NCBI GenBank assembly: GCA_013265495.1
Contig: MU057398.1
Span: 744,001-808,000, forward strand
Length of the DNA: 64,000 nt
From: Vicugna vicugna
Lineage: Eukaryota
Direction: 5' to 3'
Of this stretch, positions 1-13,840 are shown piece after piece. Position 1 is the stretch's first letter. Every line of letters begins with the position of its first letter. A program made the translations under genes and the position numbers. The notes below the pieces were generated by a model. The model ran no database searches. It saw nothing but the letters and a program-made list of their open reading frames with translations, and was not told the DNA's origin.

Positions 1-799
1 AACAAACTAAAATTATAAACTCTTCAGAAATGACCAACAATGAGAACCTTACATATTAAAACCTATGCTGTGTGGCCAAAGTAGTCATTTAGAAGAATTA
101 ATAACTTTAACTACATTTATTAGAAAATCAGAAAATAAGAAGTGAATTGATTCTGATACATCATGCTCACATGTGTACACACATACACACAGATACACAG
201 AATTTTCTTTCTTTACACTTAAAAGCTTACTACAGGAAAAATATCTAGGAACAGAAAGGAATAAACCCATCAGAGTGAAGAGAATGTGGTGAGGATGGGA
301 GGTTATCCTCAGTTGACAGATTTCAACAATTTTGGGGAAAGTAGATGGGAATTAGTTGATGAATAAAATAGGCAGGAAAAATCCAGCCTAGAATATTTGA
401 CAAAGGAGCAACAGAGGAAGGGGGAGCCAGTTTGCCAGATATAACACCAGAGGATAGGCTCATAATCAGCAGGTATGTGGTGGAAGGCAATAGAATTAAA
501 TGGGTCTGAACACATGGGGATTAATTGAAGGCCCCCATACAGAATGACTGCTTCATTTGAAACCTCCTCTTGTCCACCAAACAGCTGAGCTAGCAGCTGG
601 TACAGGCCTGCAGGGAAAATACCTGACAGTTCTCTAAGGAAATTGAATGAAATGTCTGTAGAGAACTAGGACTTCCAACATTGGTGATGGCAACCCCTGA
701 GCAATTGTTTCCTTATTCTAGCATTTGCAGAATATGAACTCTGTTCCTCTGCCCTGTGCTCTACACAGAGGCATCATAGCAGGAAAATGGACCCATTTG

Positions 800-2110
800 C
801 TCTAAAGCTGATTAAATTCACAACAGCTATCCAGCCTTTCCTTACTAAATGTGAGCCAACCACTAAGATCATCAGAAATCTGAAGAAAGCCTTCAACATT
901 AAAAATAGTCAAGTATAACCTTTAGGGAAAAAAGGGAACTTGGAAGAATCCTAGAAAATGCAGGGGGAAATATGGGAAATTTAACATTTTTAATTAGCAC
1001 ATTCAGAGAGCTAAGAAATATTGTATCCACAGAACAAGAACAGAATATTATGTAAAAGGAGTGGAGAACAAGAAAGAATTCTTGAAAATTAAATGTGATT
1101 ATTGAAATTCAAATTCCAATAGAAATATTGAAAGATAAAACTGAAGGAGTGTCCCAGAAAATAGAGCAAACAACACAGACAAAAACTCTGAGAGAAAATA
1201 TGAGGACTTGGATGAGAGATCTAGGAATCCAGCAAGCAACTAACAATAGTTTTCAAAAGATAAAATTGAGAAAGAAGAGTAGGAATCAGAATAAACAGTA
1301 TCAGACCTCATAACACCACCAGATGATAAAAGATGATAGGGCAACAATTAAAAAAAAGATAATAGGCAATGCTTTCAAAATTCTGAGAGAAAACGATTTT
1401 CATTTTAGAAATCTACACCAGCCAAAATATCCATTAAGTGTGACAATGAAATAAAAATGTTTTAAAATAGACAGGAGCTAAGAAAATTTACCTCTCAAAT
1501 ATATTTTTCCTAGGAAGCTACTTAAGGATGTTCTCCAGCAAAACAAGGGTGTAAACAAAGAAAAAAGCAGATGTGGGATCCACAAGACAGTGGATCTAAT
1601 CCAGGAGAGCAGTGACAGGAAATACCAGGGGTGCCAACTGGGCTAAAAGCCTGATTGGCAATCAGTCTGGATAAGAGCAGAGAATTTTTTTTAAGTATAT
1701 TTATGTGAACTTGACATATTAGATAGTGTGATTGGGAGTTTGAAGAAAATTGAATTTGATGATGCTAATTAGTACAAGAAAATAAGGAAACCAATTAGAA
1801 ACAGCACGGAGAAAAGAACTGTACTAGGAAGTTATGATCAAAATAAGAAGCAAAGTAAAATATAATTCTACCGATTGATGGTGTTTAAGGGAAGAGAATC
1901 CATTGGACCTTGATGCTAAGAAAATTGTCTTTTCAAATGGCCCAGGAGTCATCAAATTAGATTTGTAAGAAGGAAATGTAATCCTAGTATGCCTCTTGTT
2001 GATCTGCCATTAAAAAAATAATTACAGAAACATCATAATGTGAATTTTTGACTTTGGTTTTTCAACTTTTAGAGTCAACCTGTATAGAAAACATGGAGGG
2101 ATAGGTTTTG
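800..2110 (+). mobile_element. Old L1 ORF1 / HAL1-like fragment
   Basis: AATGCTTTCAAAATTCTGAGAGAAAA...GAAGCTACTTAAGGATGTTCTCCAGCAAAAC; A-rich decayed coiled-coil-like coding. Confidence 0.7.
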
Positions 2111-5100
2111 TTACAAGATTGGACACAAGTCTCTTCCCCTTATGTGTAGTAAAGGGTTAACTTGGCAGGCCTGCATGTTCCTGACGATGTTCCTGGAAAC
2201 CCCATGACACCACATTTGATATTTATCCTGTTATCTTTAGTTCTTTGTCAGCTTAAATACTACATTCAGACCTTTTGTTCCATTACTGTCACTAGTATTA
2301 TATCTTTGACCACTTGGTATCAGCTACACTTTACTTTGACGTGGTCAGACTTCACATTTACATCCTATCCTCATAAAGATGAAAAGACAATCACTAAGGA
2401 AGAGGTGGGAGGGTGGAGGAAGTTCAGGGAACAAAAGCATATTGGGGTTTGTAGGGGCCCAATAAATGACGTCCATCTCTTCCTACCTGAGCGTCACAGA
2501 AGCCGACAACATGATTGTAAGTTTCCTAAGAGTAAATGTGCAAAATGGGCCAAGAAAATGTTGACTTGAGGGAAGACTCGCTTTACCAGTACCCAAACAC
2601 ACTCTGAAATGGCACTGATGAAAAGAGTGCAGCTTCTGTGCTGAAAGAGACAAATGATCAGTGGGGCCTTTGTTGGTAGAGCTCTGGTTATATTCTGAAC
2701 CCCATTCTTTTCTTGAAAGGAAAGAACTCCTGCTGTAGGGAACTGTGGTGGCTGGTAACCTGCTTCTGGCCAATGAAAAGTTCAGGCAAATCCTTCGGGG
2801 GCTCCAAGGATGCTTCTGTCCTTCTGCTCCTCTTGGACTGGGTTGAGTCTGGAGGTGACATGTGAAATGGTGGTGGTAGCTCAATCAGGCATCAGAATTT
2901 TCCTTATGAGGACTTTCTCCATGGTAAAGGGTTCCCCTGCCACAACTACTTTTTCCATTGCCTTGATCACAAGTCACCTGTGGCCCTAGGGGGCTTATAG
3001 TCACTTCTGCGAGGTCTCGGGGGATTAGAGACTTCTTCATCCAGTATGTTTTGTTTTTTTCCCTTGCTTAGGTTGGCTACTGTTTTATCTTTTTGTCTTG
3101 TTTTTGGGTTCTCAAAGAACCAGCTTGAGGATTGATTTACTAGTTCTCTGATGTCTCTGTGTTCTGAGTCAGTATTTTCTATTCTCGTCATTCCTGTTTT
3201 CTAGATATTCTGCGATTTTTTCTTTGACTTTTTTTTAACTGAAGATTTTTTTAAAGGGAGTTCTAAAGGTAGGCTTTGGTTTTCTTTCCTTTACTTTTCC
3301 CTTTTTGTTGTTAACGTTCTAGGTCAAGAATGTGTTCTGTAGTGCTTTCTTTTCTATTTCTTTGGAAATTTCTTGAGTATTGTTTGTGGCTTAGTATTTG
3401 GTCACTGGTTGGGCTGTCACTCCCCTGTGCCATGCTGCCCAGCACGGGCCGTTCCTCATTGTGTTCTCAAAGTGGCTATGCTCTCCATGAGGGTCCTCCC
3501 CAGAAAACAGAAACCACTTCAACTGAGGGCACTGAACACCAGGAAAGGGGTACCCAGGACTACTAGGAGGTTGATGTGGGGGTCGTGAGGCAGCTTGGGG
3601 AATCAGCACAAGCAGAAAGTCGCTGCTGCCCTGAGGCTGGTGACAGAGAGGGAGAGAGGCGACACCTGAGCTTCTCCCCTCTTCTCACCCTCTAATCTCT
3701 TATTCATGTCCCCTCCACGGTCAATCCCGGCCAGAAACCAACTGAACCCAGAGCCTGGGAAAGGGAGGCAGCAGGGCCTAACACTGAAGGGCATTGGGTC
3801 TGAGGACAAACAGGTAGGCCCACTGATGAATTCTCTACTTTCAAAGATGAGGAAATAAGGACACTCATTGTCCTTGTCACTGTGCCTCCTGCCCTGCCCT
3901 CTGCTCCTCCGAACTTTATGTGTCTATCATTACTTTTAGATCTTCTTGTGGTTTCATTTTATACTTTTAAAGAATATATTCAAATCTTTATGACTTGATT
4001 TACCAACTTTGGACAATAATGATTATCTAAAGATAAGGAAATCAGCCCCCTTGAACTTTCTCCCACCTCTTCTCCTGTCAGCCCTGATTTCATCCTCTGA
4101 ATTATTATTTCTGTAAAGTCACGCTTCCAGACACATATGTTTTGTTTGGGCATAGCAGCCCCACGGTTCCCCATCTTCATGGATTTCATGCTCACCCATC
4201 ATTCCTCTGATTGCTATTGCTCTAGCCCTTGGTTTTGCTTCACTGGTTGTCAGATAATTTCCAAAATGGGATGATTACCCCTGAACCAGGTACTGGAGTT
4301 ACCCCTTGGCCTACCTATACCCCATGGGCCCTCCATTCCAAGCCAAGGCACGCTGGTTTGGCCTTTAGATGAGGTACTTAATTTGAGCAGCCTGTGCACT
4401 GGCTGAACTCTTCAGAGACACATCTGCTGTCAGCCACCTCCTTTGTAAATTAATGGAAAAAGCAATATTCTTGTCTGACAAAGGAGAATTCAAAGCATAT
4501 TAAATGGTACCCCAAAAGTATAATTTTATGTCAATAAAGAGCACACTTTACAATAAAGAAGTCATTGTAATGAATCTTTCTGAACAGAGTTTCACTGAAG
4601 CAGAGAAAGCACAATTTGCTTTAAATATGTGAAGAAGAAATGGGCAGAAATGTAACAGTCTTATTCTTGGGGCAAAACAAAGAGAAATCTCCAAGTTTGG
4701 GTTTTGGATTATTTTAAAGGATCCTTAGTCAGGTGCGGCCACAAGAGAAGACAGAGAAGAGGCTCAGGAAAACACAGTGCATTCGATTTCCGGGGCCTAG
4801 AGACAGGAGGACAGTCTCTTCCCAGCCAGAAGGTCAAAACACCTTAATATACATAAATTTTTTAAATATTTACATCCTAATACAATTGGCTAAAACCAGA
4901 ATCTGTGACATTGGTTTTCTAACTACTTATTAAACTGTATATACTACAGAGAACACATGCTTTCCTGGTCAAATGAGAAATTTACAGAGAGTGGTTGAGA
5001 AATACAGGAAGAGTGGTTGAGAAATTCACAGAGTGATCATCGAGTATGCTTCAAAGGAAATCGGGATCAATTGCTCAAGTGTCCGGGGCTCAAAGGAGCC

Positions 5101-6350
5101 CCTCACCCACTGCACCTAAAATAGCAGCCACCACTGCCACACTGCTCCCATCCACACCTTGGCTCTGTCTTCCTTCCAGCTTCCTGTCTCTCCCGAACGT
5201 TACAGAATCCAGAGGCATGTTAGCTTTCGTCTCCTCCACTGAAAGGTGAGTGCCACGAGGGCAGGATTACACCTTGTTCTCCACGCCTTGTTGGTACTCA
5301 AATGTCAATTGACCTAATGGGTAAATTCCCAAAACACATTTGCGCCTCTATCACCTTTGTTATCACGGTCAAGGAGGAAATAGCATCTTTGTCAGATCTC
5401 TTCACTGTTCTAGGATGACGGGCAATGGGAGGATTGCAAGTTTAGCCAGGATGACAGGAAAAGCTCACTTCATAGACGTGCACGAGGAAGATGATGGATA
5501 TAAACCCTGAGTGGTGGGGAAGGAGGGACAACCTTATCACTCTAGGGCCCAGGCTCCCCAGAGATGGGAAACCGGACAGAGTTTCCAGCTTCCCTTCGAG
5601 TTCCCTTCTCGGGAAGCCAGTAGGCAAGGTCATGAGTGACTAGAGGGAAACAGGGCTCCCCGGCCAGGCATCTGGTGGAGCACCTCTAGATCAGGGACTG
5701 CATGTGTCTGTCTATCGCATAACATTTTTCAGATGTATACTGGCTGCTTCCTGGGACTTGGAGTCAGGCTGGACCCTCCTCCTGGCTCCTTCCTCTCTCT
5801 GTTGGAACTTGTTTCCCTGTGGCTCTTGCCTTCCTCCGTTGTGTTTACCCTGCAATTCAGGGGAGGGAGGGCACATTCTTTAGCAGATCTCTGAGGAACA
5901 GTATGTGGGAGAGACATTTGTGAGAATTTGCATGTCTGACAAAATCTCTGTTCTACCTTTAAGATACCAGTGATAATTGAGCTACTTATAGAATTCTAGT
6001 TTGGAAGAGATTTTCCTCCAGCATCTAGAAAAAATTGTTGCATTACCTCTTTGTTCCAGGGATCACCATTCTGATTCCCAAATCTTTATATACTGAATCC
6101 TTGCCCCTCTCTCTGGAAGCTTGTAGAATCTTCCTTTTGTCCTCAGTGCTCTAAAGTATCAGGAGGATGTACCTGGCAAAGAGTCTGTTTTCACCCAAGT
6201 GCTGGAACCTCTCAATTTAGCAGCTCCTGCCCTTCAATTCTGGGAGAGTGACTGGAAGGCCAGTCTCATCTGGATTCCCCAGAGAAGACACTGATAACAC
6301 TGCCTAGAGGCCCAGATCTGGGTGCAGAGGAAAGGATCTCTGCTTGGTTC

Positions 6351-6780
6351 TGAGACAGGAGAGAAAGAGGCAGGGCACAACCATTAAAAGACTGACACAG
6401 CCATTGAGGAGATGACAGAAGATGGCAGAAGATTTGTCTTCTAGTAGACCTTGAGTCTCATTAGCTGCTAAATGACACACCTACTGGCAGCATGACAGTT
6501 CCCAGGCTCACTATGAAAGGCCAAAAGTGGGCAGGGGGCCTAATTTCTGGAAATCCTCACACCTCTTCCCCAAAACAGAATAACCCTCTCACTTGTTAGC
6601 CTATGAAATTACCCAGCCCATAAAAACTAACCGCCCCCACACCCCGGGGCCACTTTCCCTTCTAAGATGGACAGCGTTCTGTCTATGGAACCTGTGTCTC
6701 TCTAAATACACTTGCCTTCACTTTACCATGGCTCACTCTCAAATTCTTTACCTCATGAGACAAGAACCTGCTCTCCAGTA
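6351..6780 (+). mobile_element. ERV1-type solo LTR (MER41-like)
   Basis: Starts TGAGACAGG; ACACACCTACTGGCAGCATGACAGTT, CCCATAAAAAC TATA-like box, ends ...GAGACAAGAACC..CA. Confidence 0.65.
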
Positions 6781-6959
6781 ACACCTTCAGGTAGAGTTTT
6801 CCTCAGCTCCCAAAATGTTGTTGCTGTGGTCTCATCCTCTGCCCTCCCCTTTCGTATAGATTTACGTTCTTTTCCTCCTCAAAGTCACTTTACTGCCTGA
6901 AATAAATACTGAAGAAACAGACACAGACGTTCAACCTGCCACCTCCACCTGGAATTAAA

Positions 6960-8240
6960 CTCTGTGCATCTTTAGGTTCAGAGCGGCTTTATTTGTAATA
7001 GTTCCAACTGGAAATAACTCAAAAACTCGGTCCTTCTGAGTCTGAATGAGAAGCAAACTGTGGTCCATCCAAGCAAGGGAATACTACTCAACAACAGAAA
7101 AAAAGGAAATATCAAAACATGCACCAACCTGGATGCATCTCGAAGTAATCGTCATGCTGAGTGAAAGAATCCAGACAGAAAAAGAGTATATACTGAATGA
7201 GTCCATTTATAGAAAACTCTAGAAAATGCAAAGTAACATATAGTGATAGAAAGCAGATCAGCGGTTGCCTGGGGACAGGGCTATGAGGAGAGGTGGGGAG
7301 GAGGAGTGGAAGGAACTTTCTAGGGTGATGGCTATGCTCATTATCTTGCTGGTGGTGGTTTTATAGGTGTATATATATGTGTCACATGTGCCAAATTGTA
7401 CACTTTAAACCATATACTTGGTTGTGTGTAAATAAACATACAATAGAGAGCTCACGAAAGCTGTTTGAAATAAAGTGCATCAAATACACTGTACAGTTGA
7501 AAGAACAATTCTGAAGCAAACGTCTGCGCAGTGCAGTAGATCAACATTGTGCCACTCCTTTGCCATAGTCTTCTTATTACAGCCAGTTGTGACTCCTTTC
7601 TTCACATTTGTTGTAATCACTTCCTCACTTTTCTTTAGTATTTTACCCCCTAAGGAAGCTTCTCCAAACAAGAGTTTAGTTGGGCCTAGTTTGGGACTTT
7701 ATATGAATGGCATGTCTCTCTTCTCTCTCACCATTATGTTTATGAGATTTACCTATGTTATTAAATATTGCTGTAGGGAATTCATTTTCATTCCTGTATG
7801 GTATTTCGATGTGAGCCAATACCACAGTTTCTTTTCCCATCCTACTGTTAACGGACATTTAGGTGGTTTCCAGTTTTCACTCAGGACAGAGAATCAAACA
7901 TCCTCCTCTGAAAGGTCATGTTGGAGCCTCTGTGGGGCATGTACACACATCCCAGGGCGAAGTGGCTGGGGCACGGGCAGGTGCATGGTCCAGTGGAGGA
8001 GATAGTGCCAAACTTTCTCACAGGGTTTGCACCAAATCCCAGTCCCAGTGCCAACCCACGGCACCGGCAGAGCTGGGACTGTTAATTCTCATGCACCTGG
8101 TGGGTAGGGGGAGACATTTTGTTGTGGGTTAATGTCCCACTTCTCTGCCGTCTGTCACAGTTGAGCACCTACTCATGTGTTTATGAAAAGCTCTGCTTTG
8201 GGGAGGTGTCCGCTCAAGTGTCTTGCCCATTTTTCTACGG
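6960..8240. mobile_element. Two old L1 3'-end fragments in opposite orientation (+ ~6960-7480, - ~7620-8240)
   Basis: ATGCTGAGTGAAAGAATCCAGACA...AATTGTACACTTTAA, and reverse-strand equivalents. Confidence 0.7.
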
Positions 8241-8540
8241 AGGGGTTAATGTGCATCCTCTCTCTGGCTGAGACTGTTGCTTGCACACGTTAGAGGGCTC
8301 CCCCACCATCACTCGCCTGGGAATAGCTATTCCAGGGGTGCACAGTGCCAGGGTCCTTGAGTCTCCAGCCTTTTGCCCAAAAGGGAAGTGATCGAGCTGG
8401 CTTCTGGGCTCCCATCTGTCAAAGTCTTATGGCCACAGACTTTGAGGTTTCTAGTCCTCCGGTCCATCTTGGTTAGTTCCTCTTTCCTTGTTTCTGTGAA
8501 TTGTCACTGTGTTCCAGGATACAAAACTGACCAGGCTAGA

Positions 8541-8689
8541 GGGGGAGGGTATAGCTCATGGTGGTAGATCACATGCTTAGCATGAACAAGGTCCTGGATT
8601 CAATCCCCAACCTTCCCTCTATAAATAAATAAATAAACCTAACTCCCTCCCCCCACCAAAACACACACACACACACACACAAAACCCAA
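8541..8689 (+). mobile_element. tRNA-derived SINE (camelid Vic-1-like) with 18-bp TSD
   Basis: GGGGAGGGTATAGCTCA..GGTAGA..CATGCTTAGCATG..GGTCCTGGATTCAATCCCC, (TAAA)n and (CA)n tail; TSD AAAACTGACCAG(G/A)CTAGA at 8523-8540 and 8690-8707. Confidence 0.9.
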
Positions 8690-10899
8690 AAAACTGACCA
8701 GACTAGACTAAAGCACGTTTGTCTTTCAGTTTAGAAACTGAGAGCCTGGGTGAGGTGTTCTGTCTCCCAGATTGAAGTAACACCATTGCTCATCCTCTCT
8801 GTTTCCACTCTGAGGCCAGAGTAACTGTGACCTAGGGCCAGTCCTTTCTGCCTGGGTCAGCCCCAGTCCAGTAGCTGCCCCTGTGAACCTGGAGGTCCGC
8901 CGACATTTAGCTTGTAGTTCTAGCTGCAGAACTGGTTCTGTTTTCTGTGGTCTTTGCCTGGAGCTCTGCTCCCTGGAGCCATTCTGAAGGGGACTGGGAC
9001 ACACTGCATGTCTGGGTCCTGTAAGGAAAGATTCATGCAGGTAGTTGTAAAAATGGGACAGGTTCACAAGAGAGCCACCCACAGGAGAATGATCTTCTGG
9101 AGGAGTCCAGGGCACCGGTGACATTTGGAGCATGGCCATGGGGGTCTGAGTCTTGTCCTGGGAGGGAAGCAAGTGGAGTCCTGGCCAGCTCAGTAGCCTA
9201 ACCTCTACCCAAGCTCCAATAAAGTACTAGCTTTCCAAGGCGCTACACAAACTGGGGGCCATCTCCTCCACTTGCCCATTTACACCCAGGAGTTCCTGAG
9301 CTCATTGACTCTGCACCCAATGAACACCCCCGGTTTGGGCATAGTTGCAGTGGGAGGACTTCTGTCCTCCGAGGAGGCCCCCTTGACAGCCTCTAGCATG
9401 CCAGAGAGGTCAAGGAGATTCTTATGCCCGGTGAGGGCAAGGCTTTTTTCTCCGTTTTATGCATATCAGTGGGGGGAGTTTCCTTTGAAAGCTACTTCTG
9501 CCCACTTCCGGAGGAAATAAACAAATGAAGACCCCTAGGCTCTCAAAGCCAATAGAACTTCTCTTTCAATCGATCTCAAAGACTCCCAGGGGGAATACAT
9601 GCGAAAATGTAAGCCCACACCTCTGATGCTGTGAAGATACTGGTCCCTCAAGGTTAGGAAACAGAAGAAAACACAGACAGGTTCCAGGCCACCCTCAGCT
9701 CACCCCTGAAGGGCTGGTCCCAGAGCAGGGAGCCCGGTCTGAGCCAAAAACCTCAGAGGAAGTTCATGAGGTGGCTTTCCTGATAAGGACTGGTGAAACA
9801 GAAACAGACTAATCTAAACCATCAACAGTAAGACATTTTGATCAAGCATGCCGGAAGAAAGACTGCTTTACTGTTCTAGTCCCTCTAGAGAAAATTATGT
9901 TTCAAAATCATTGTCATATAAAAATGTGATAAAAGAATATGTAGCCAAAATGAAGGGAGAAAAAGAGAATACAGTTAGCTCAAGTAGAAGTTATACAACA
10001 ACAGAATTTTGCTGGCTTTTGTTATTTTTGCGGTAATTGTCAACTTTTTAAAATTTGTCATTTGTTGTGATTTCTTTTTTTTTCATAAATAAATATACAC
10101 TTTTGGAAAGAAATTTGTATTCTTTTTCTTAAAGAAAGACCCTAATTGTCTAAACTTCAGTCCTCATACGAAGTGCATCTGCCTTCTGGTGCACCTGTTC
10201 AGATATTTAAATAAATTAAAGAAATTGATCTTGCAGAGACAATAGCATGTCATGTTTGTTTTCTGTGCACAAAGGCAATTTCTAAATGCTCAAAAAGGAA
10301 AAGACAAAAAGTAATCAATAAAATCATAGAACTTTGGGTTATTACATGCTAATAAGTAAAAAGAAAGTATGCACACACAACCATCTGAAGCGATTAGGCT
10401 GTTACTAGTAAAAGTTAGGCAGTGGCCTCATGTCCCCGGTACACGCTCTCCCTAAAAAAAGTTTTTGGATGTGAGAAATGGAAAACTGGAGTTTTTTTTT
10501 TAATTGCCGCCGTGTCCTTATTCCTAAGTTACAGGATAAGGAAAAGGAAACATATGTTACTATCAGGCCAAACTTTAAGAGTTATGAAGAAGCTCCAGGA
10601 ACCCCTTCCATATTAAACACTCTCACCAATATTTCAAGGGCTTTCACAACATAAGAGAGACAAAGGGGGAAGTGGCCTGAGAGCCCGATGGGAATAGAAG
10701 AGCTGAGAGGAAGTTGCTGAGCCCTGAGGTTTTCCCTGCTCCACTCAACTCCAGGGGTGATGAATGGGGGCCAAGAGCTGGGAACCTCCTCAAATCCCCA
10801 CCAAGCACGGGATTCTAGGGCCTTTTCAACTGGGAACTGGGTGGCCTTGGATTGCAACAGCCCTGGTCACTGCATTCCTTTCCAAATGACACAACCCCA

Positions 10900-12100
10900 C
10901 ATGTTTTGCGATTAAAATTTCAGGACCCCACTTATCAAGTTGTGACCCTTGTACTCCACTTGATAAAATAAAGCCAAGGAGATCATCTAAAATGCCGAGT
11001 TCATTCAAAATTTCTGTGCGAGGTAAACCCTTGAATAAATGAAATTGTTTTGTTAATTTTCATTTAAAAAAGATGGCTCCATCTTCTGCCCAATTTTATC
11101 ACAATATAAAATATCATACAAACATTACTTTTGAGTTCTTGCAAGATTTGAGATGTATTTATTATTAAGTTTTTTCACAAGAAATACTATTAAATGTAAC
11201 TTCCTACACTCCTGATACTTATTCTACGGAGCAGATATGTGATCATTTCTTACACAAAATATCTATGTTATGCAAATGTAAACACATGAGTTGAAATCAA
11301 TTGAGTTGAAATAATTAATTGATCCTTTTAAATTTCCAACAATAGCACTAGTTATGTAGCCTTGCAAAGCGAGTCCACTTTGCAAAGTGAGTAATTTTCA
11401 TTCATCAACTCTGATTGTATTGTTCTTCAAGCTCAACTCACAATTTCTGAGATTCCCTAATCTACTGCCTTTGAGACCTTGGGTGAATAATAAATTGAGA
11501 TAATTAGCAAGTAATCTCTACCTGGACAATCTCCAAAGGAATTCAAATTCATCGTGACAGAGAACCCAGAAATACATGACCACTTTTTGCTGAGACATTC
11601 TTGTTTCTGTATAAACACAATTGCCCCTCACAACACTCAAATTTGGAAAATTACCACAGGGTAAATATTGCTTCATTTTCTGTCGGGTCATTTTGATTAT
11701 ATTTTAAAACTTAAAATCTTAAAGCTTTAAATAACATTGCCACCTGCACATCTTTCACTAGGACTGTACATAAGTAGTGTAAAGTTGCATAACACATATA
11801 AAGTGTATTAAGTCAATAAATGTTTTAAAACCTTATGTATACTACAGAGGCCTGACTGCTCAGAAGTAAAGGGGTCTTTCAGTCATCAATCTCTTTATAG
11901 CACAGGTATTCTACCCAGAGGGCAGAGGTTTTTCCTCACACTAGTAGGAACTGACAGCTCAAAATTCTGTTAACAGAGGTGTTTTTCTGCTGACCCTTGG
12001 TTATTTTCCAGCTGAGGTCAATTATAAGAAAATAAACAAGCAAACAAAACAAGTAGCAAAGGTGCTTCCTCAATAGAGAAGTTAACATTCTGACTGGTTA
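10900..12100 (-). mobile_element. Decayed hAT-type DNA transposon (transposase fossil)
   Basis: AT-rich; minus strand near 11180-11400 gives ..GLALQG..VGNLKG.. and NNKYIS, resembling the hAT transposase motifs LAxxGLAFRG..GNF and Y(T/I)S; many stops. Confidence 0.4.
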
Positions 12101-12459
12101 TTGTGTTACTTTCTCCTGGGTTGGGTTGTTACCAAATATTGTGACTCTGGTTACACGGTCAAGGCCATGGTCATTTCTGGTTCTAGGGCAGTTGACCCAT
12201 CTCCTCTCACAATGCTCTTTGATGCTGGTCTTCTCCAAGATCAGTCCTCAGATTAACAACAGTGCTGGCAAGGGTCTTCTTCAGACCACCATCATTGGTA
12301 GATGGCTTGGGTAAGTCACTGGACGACACATGTAAATAAAGGGGGTGTCAGGAATAATGAGGAATGATCATGAGGCACCATAGTTATTAAAAACAATTCA
12401 ATGCAATTATCAAAGCTACCTTGTGAATTTATTGAAATGTCATTAATTTACATATGTTC

Positions 12460-12825
12460 CAATAAAAAGGAAGTCCTGATCCATGCTACGTTTTCAATGA
12501 ATCTCAAAAACATGGTGCTCAGTGAAAAAAGCCAGACACAAACGGTAACATGTTGCATGATTCCAGTTGTATGAAATGTCCAGAACAGGTAAATCCACAG
12601 AGACAGACAGCAGATTAGTTGTTGCCAAAGACTGGGGGGAGCAGGGAATGGTGAGTAACTGCTAATAGGTACAGGGTTTCAGGTTGGAGTGATAAAAGTG
12701 TTCTGGAATTAGACAGGCAGGGGTGATAACTATACAACACTGTGAAGGTACTGAAATGTCACTGAATTGTACACTTTAAGATGGTTAATTTTATGTTATG
12801 TGACTTTCACTTCAATAAAAACACT
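12460..12825 (+). mobile_element. L1MB-like 3' end
   Basis: AGTGAAAAAAGCCAGACACAAA...TGAATTGTACACTTTAAGATGGTTAATTTTATGTTATGTG...AATAAAA. Confidence 0.8.
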
Positions 12826-13261
12826 TAAAATATATTTTAGCAATTGCATAACTTCTTAGGATAAATTTGAAAATGCTCTTATTTTTATGCACGAGCTAAC
12901 ACAAGCAGTCTCAGCACAATGACTTTTATACCTTCGGAAAGATCATGTTCCAAGGCTTAAAATCCCCTTGTTTATTAATAGCTTTAGTGACACACGGAAT
13001 GGACAGATCGGCAGGCCCAAGGTAGCTGGAAACAAGCAGCCGGGCAGGACAGGATCACAGTGTACAGCCTGGCTAGTATGTCCACATCAAGGCTTATCAA
13101 GTGATGACCATACAGGCACCACCACTTAGGGAGGGGCAGAGCCGCTGTCACTGACCCACATGTTCCCCTATCAGAGACCTCCGTGCCAACTGTTTAACAG
13201 CTTCTTCCTGTCTCTTGGGTTTTCTCATACATGTGGGGACTGGCAGAGCACTTCTCACTGG

Positions 13262-13840
13262 ATGGATGGACTGTTTCCAAAGATGGTCACTGCAATGGCC
13301 CCTATCCTGCACCTCCTTCTGCAATATGCCTGGGCCGCTCCTTCCCCCAACAAGAAGCAGAGTCCATTTCCCCTTCTCTTGACCAGGGCTGCCCTTGAAA
13401 CTTGCTTTGACAAATAGATTGTGGCAGAAGTGACACTGGGTGACTTCCAGGCCTCAGGCAGAGAGGTTTTGCAGTTTCTGTATTTACCGTCTTGGAATCC
13501 AGTACCATGGAAAGAAGTACGGGTTGCTTTGCTTGAGAGGCCCTGTGGAGAGAAAGGCCTCAGAGGATGAGATGCATGGAAGAGAATAACACAGCCCAGC
13601 TAACAGCCAGCACCCACTGCCAGACATGGGAGTGAGGCCATCTTGGATGTTCCAGCCTCCTCAGCTATGCTCCCAGCTGAACGAAGTCACCTGAGGGACC
13701 CTAACCACATGAGGGACCCCAACCAATACTATGTGGTGCAAAGAACCACCTCCTACCAGGGCTCAGACAACACATAAACTCATAAAAAAAAATCACTGTG
13801 GGTTTAGGGTGGCTTGTTACGTAGCACTAGATAGCAGATA
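13262..13840 (+). mobile_element. MaLR (MLT1) solo LTR
   Basis: GTTTCCAAAGATGG...GGCAGAAGTGACACTG..TGACTTCCAGGC...GCCAGACATGGGAGTGAGGCCATCTTGGA...TAGATAGCAGATACA. Confidence 0.75.

Noticed and set aside
2162..2884. 135-aa and 133-aa ORFs
   Set aside because: No recognisable homology or splice structure; likely chance ORFs in old repeat or intergenic DNA
8541..8620. tRNA gene-like sequence (A/B boxes)
   Set aside because: Degenerate, with AT-rich tail and TSDs, and repeated across the window; a SINE head
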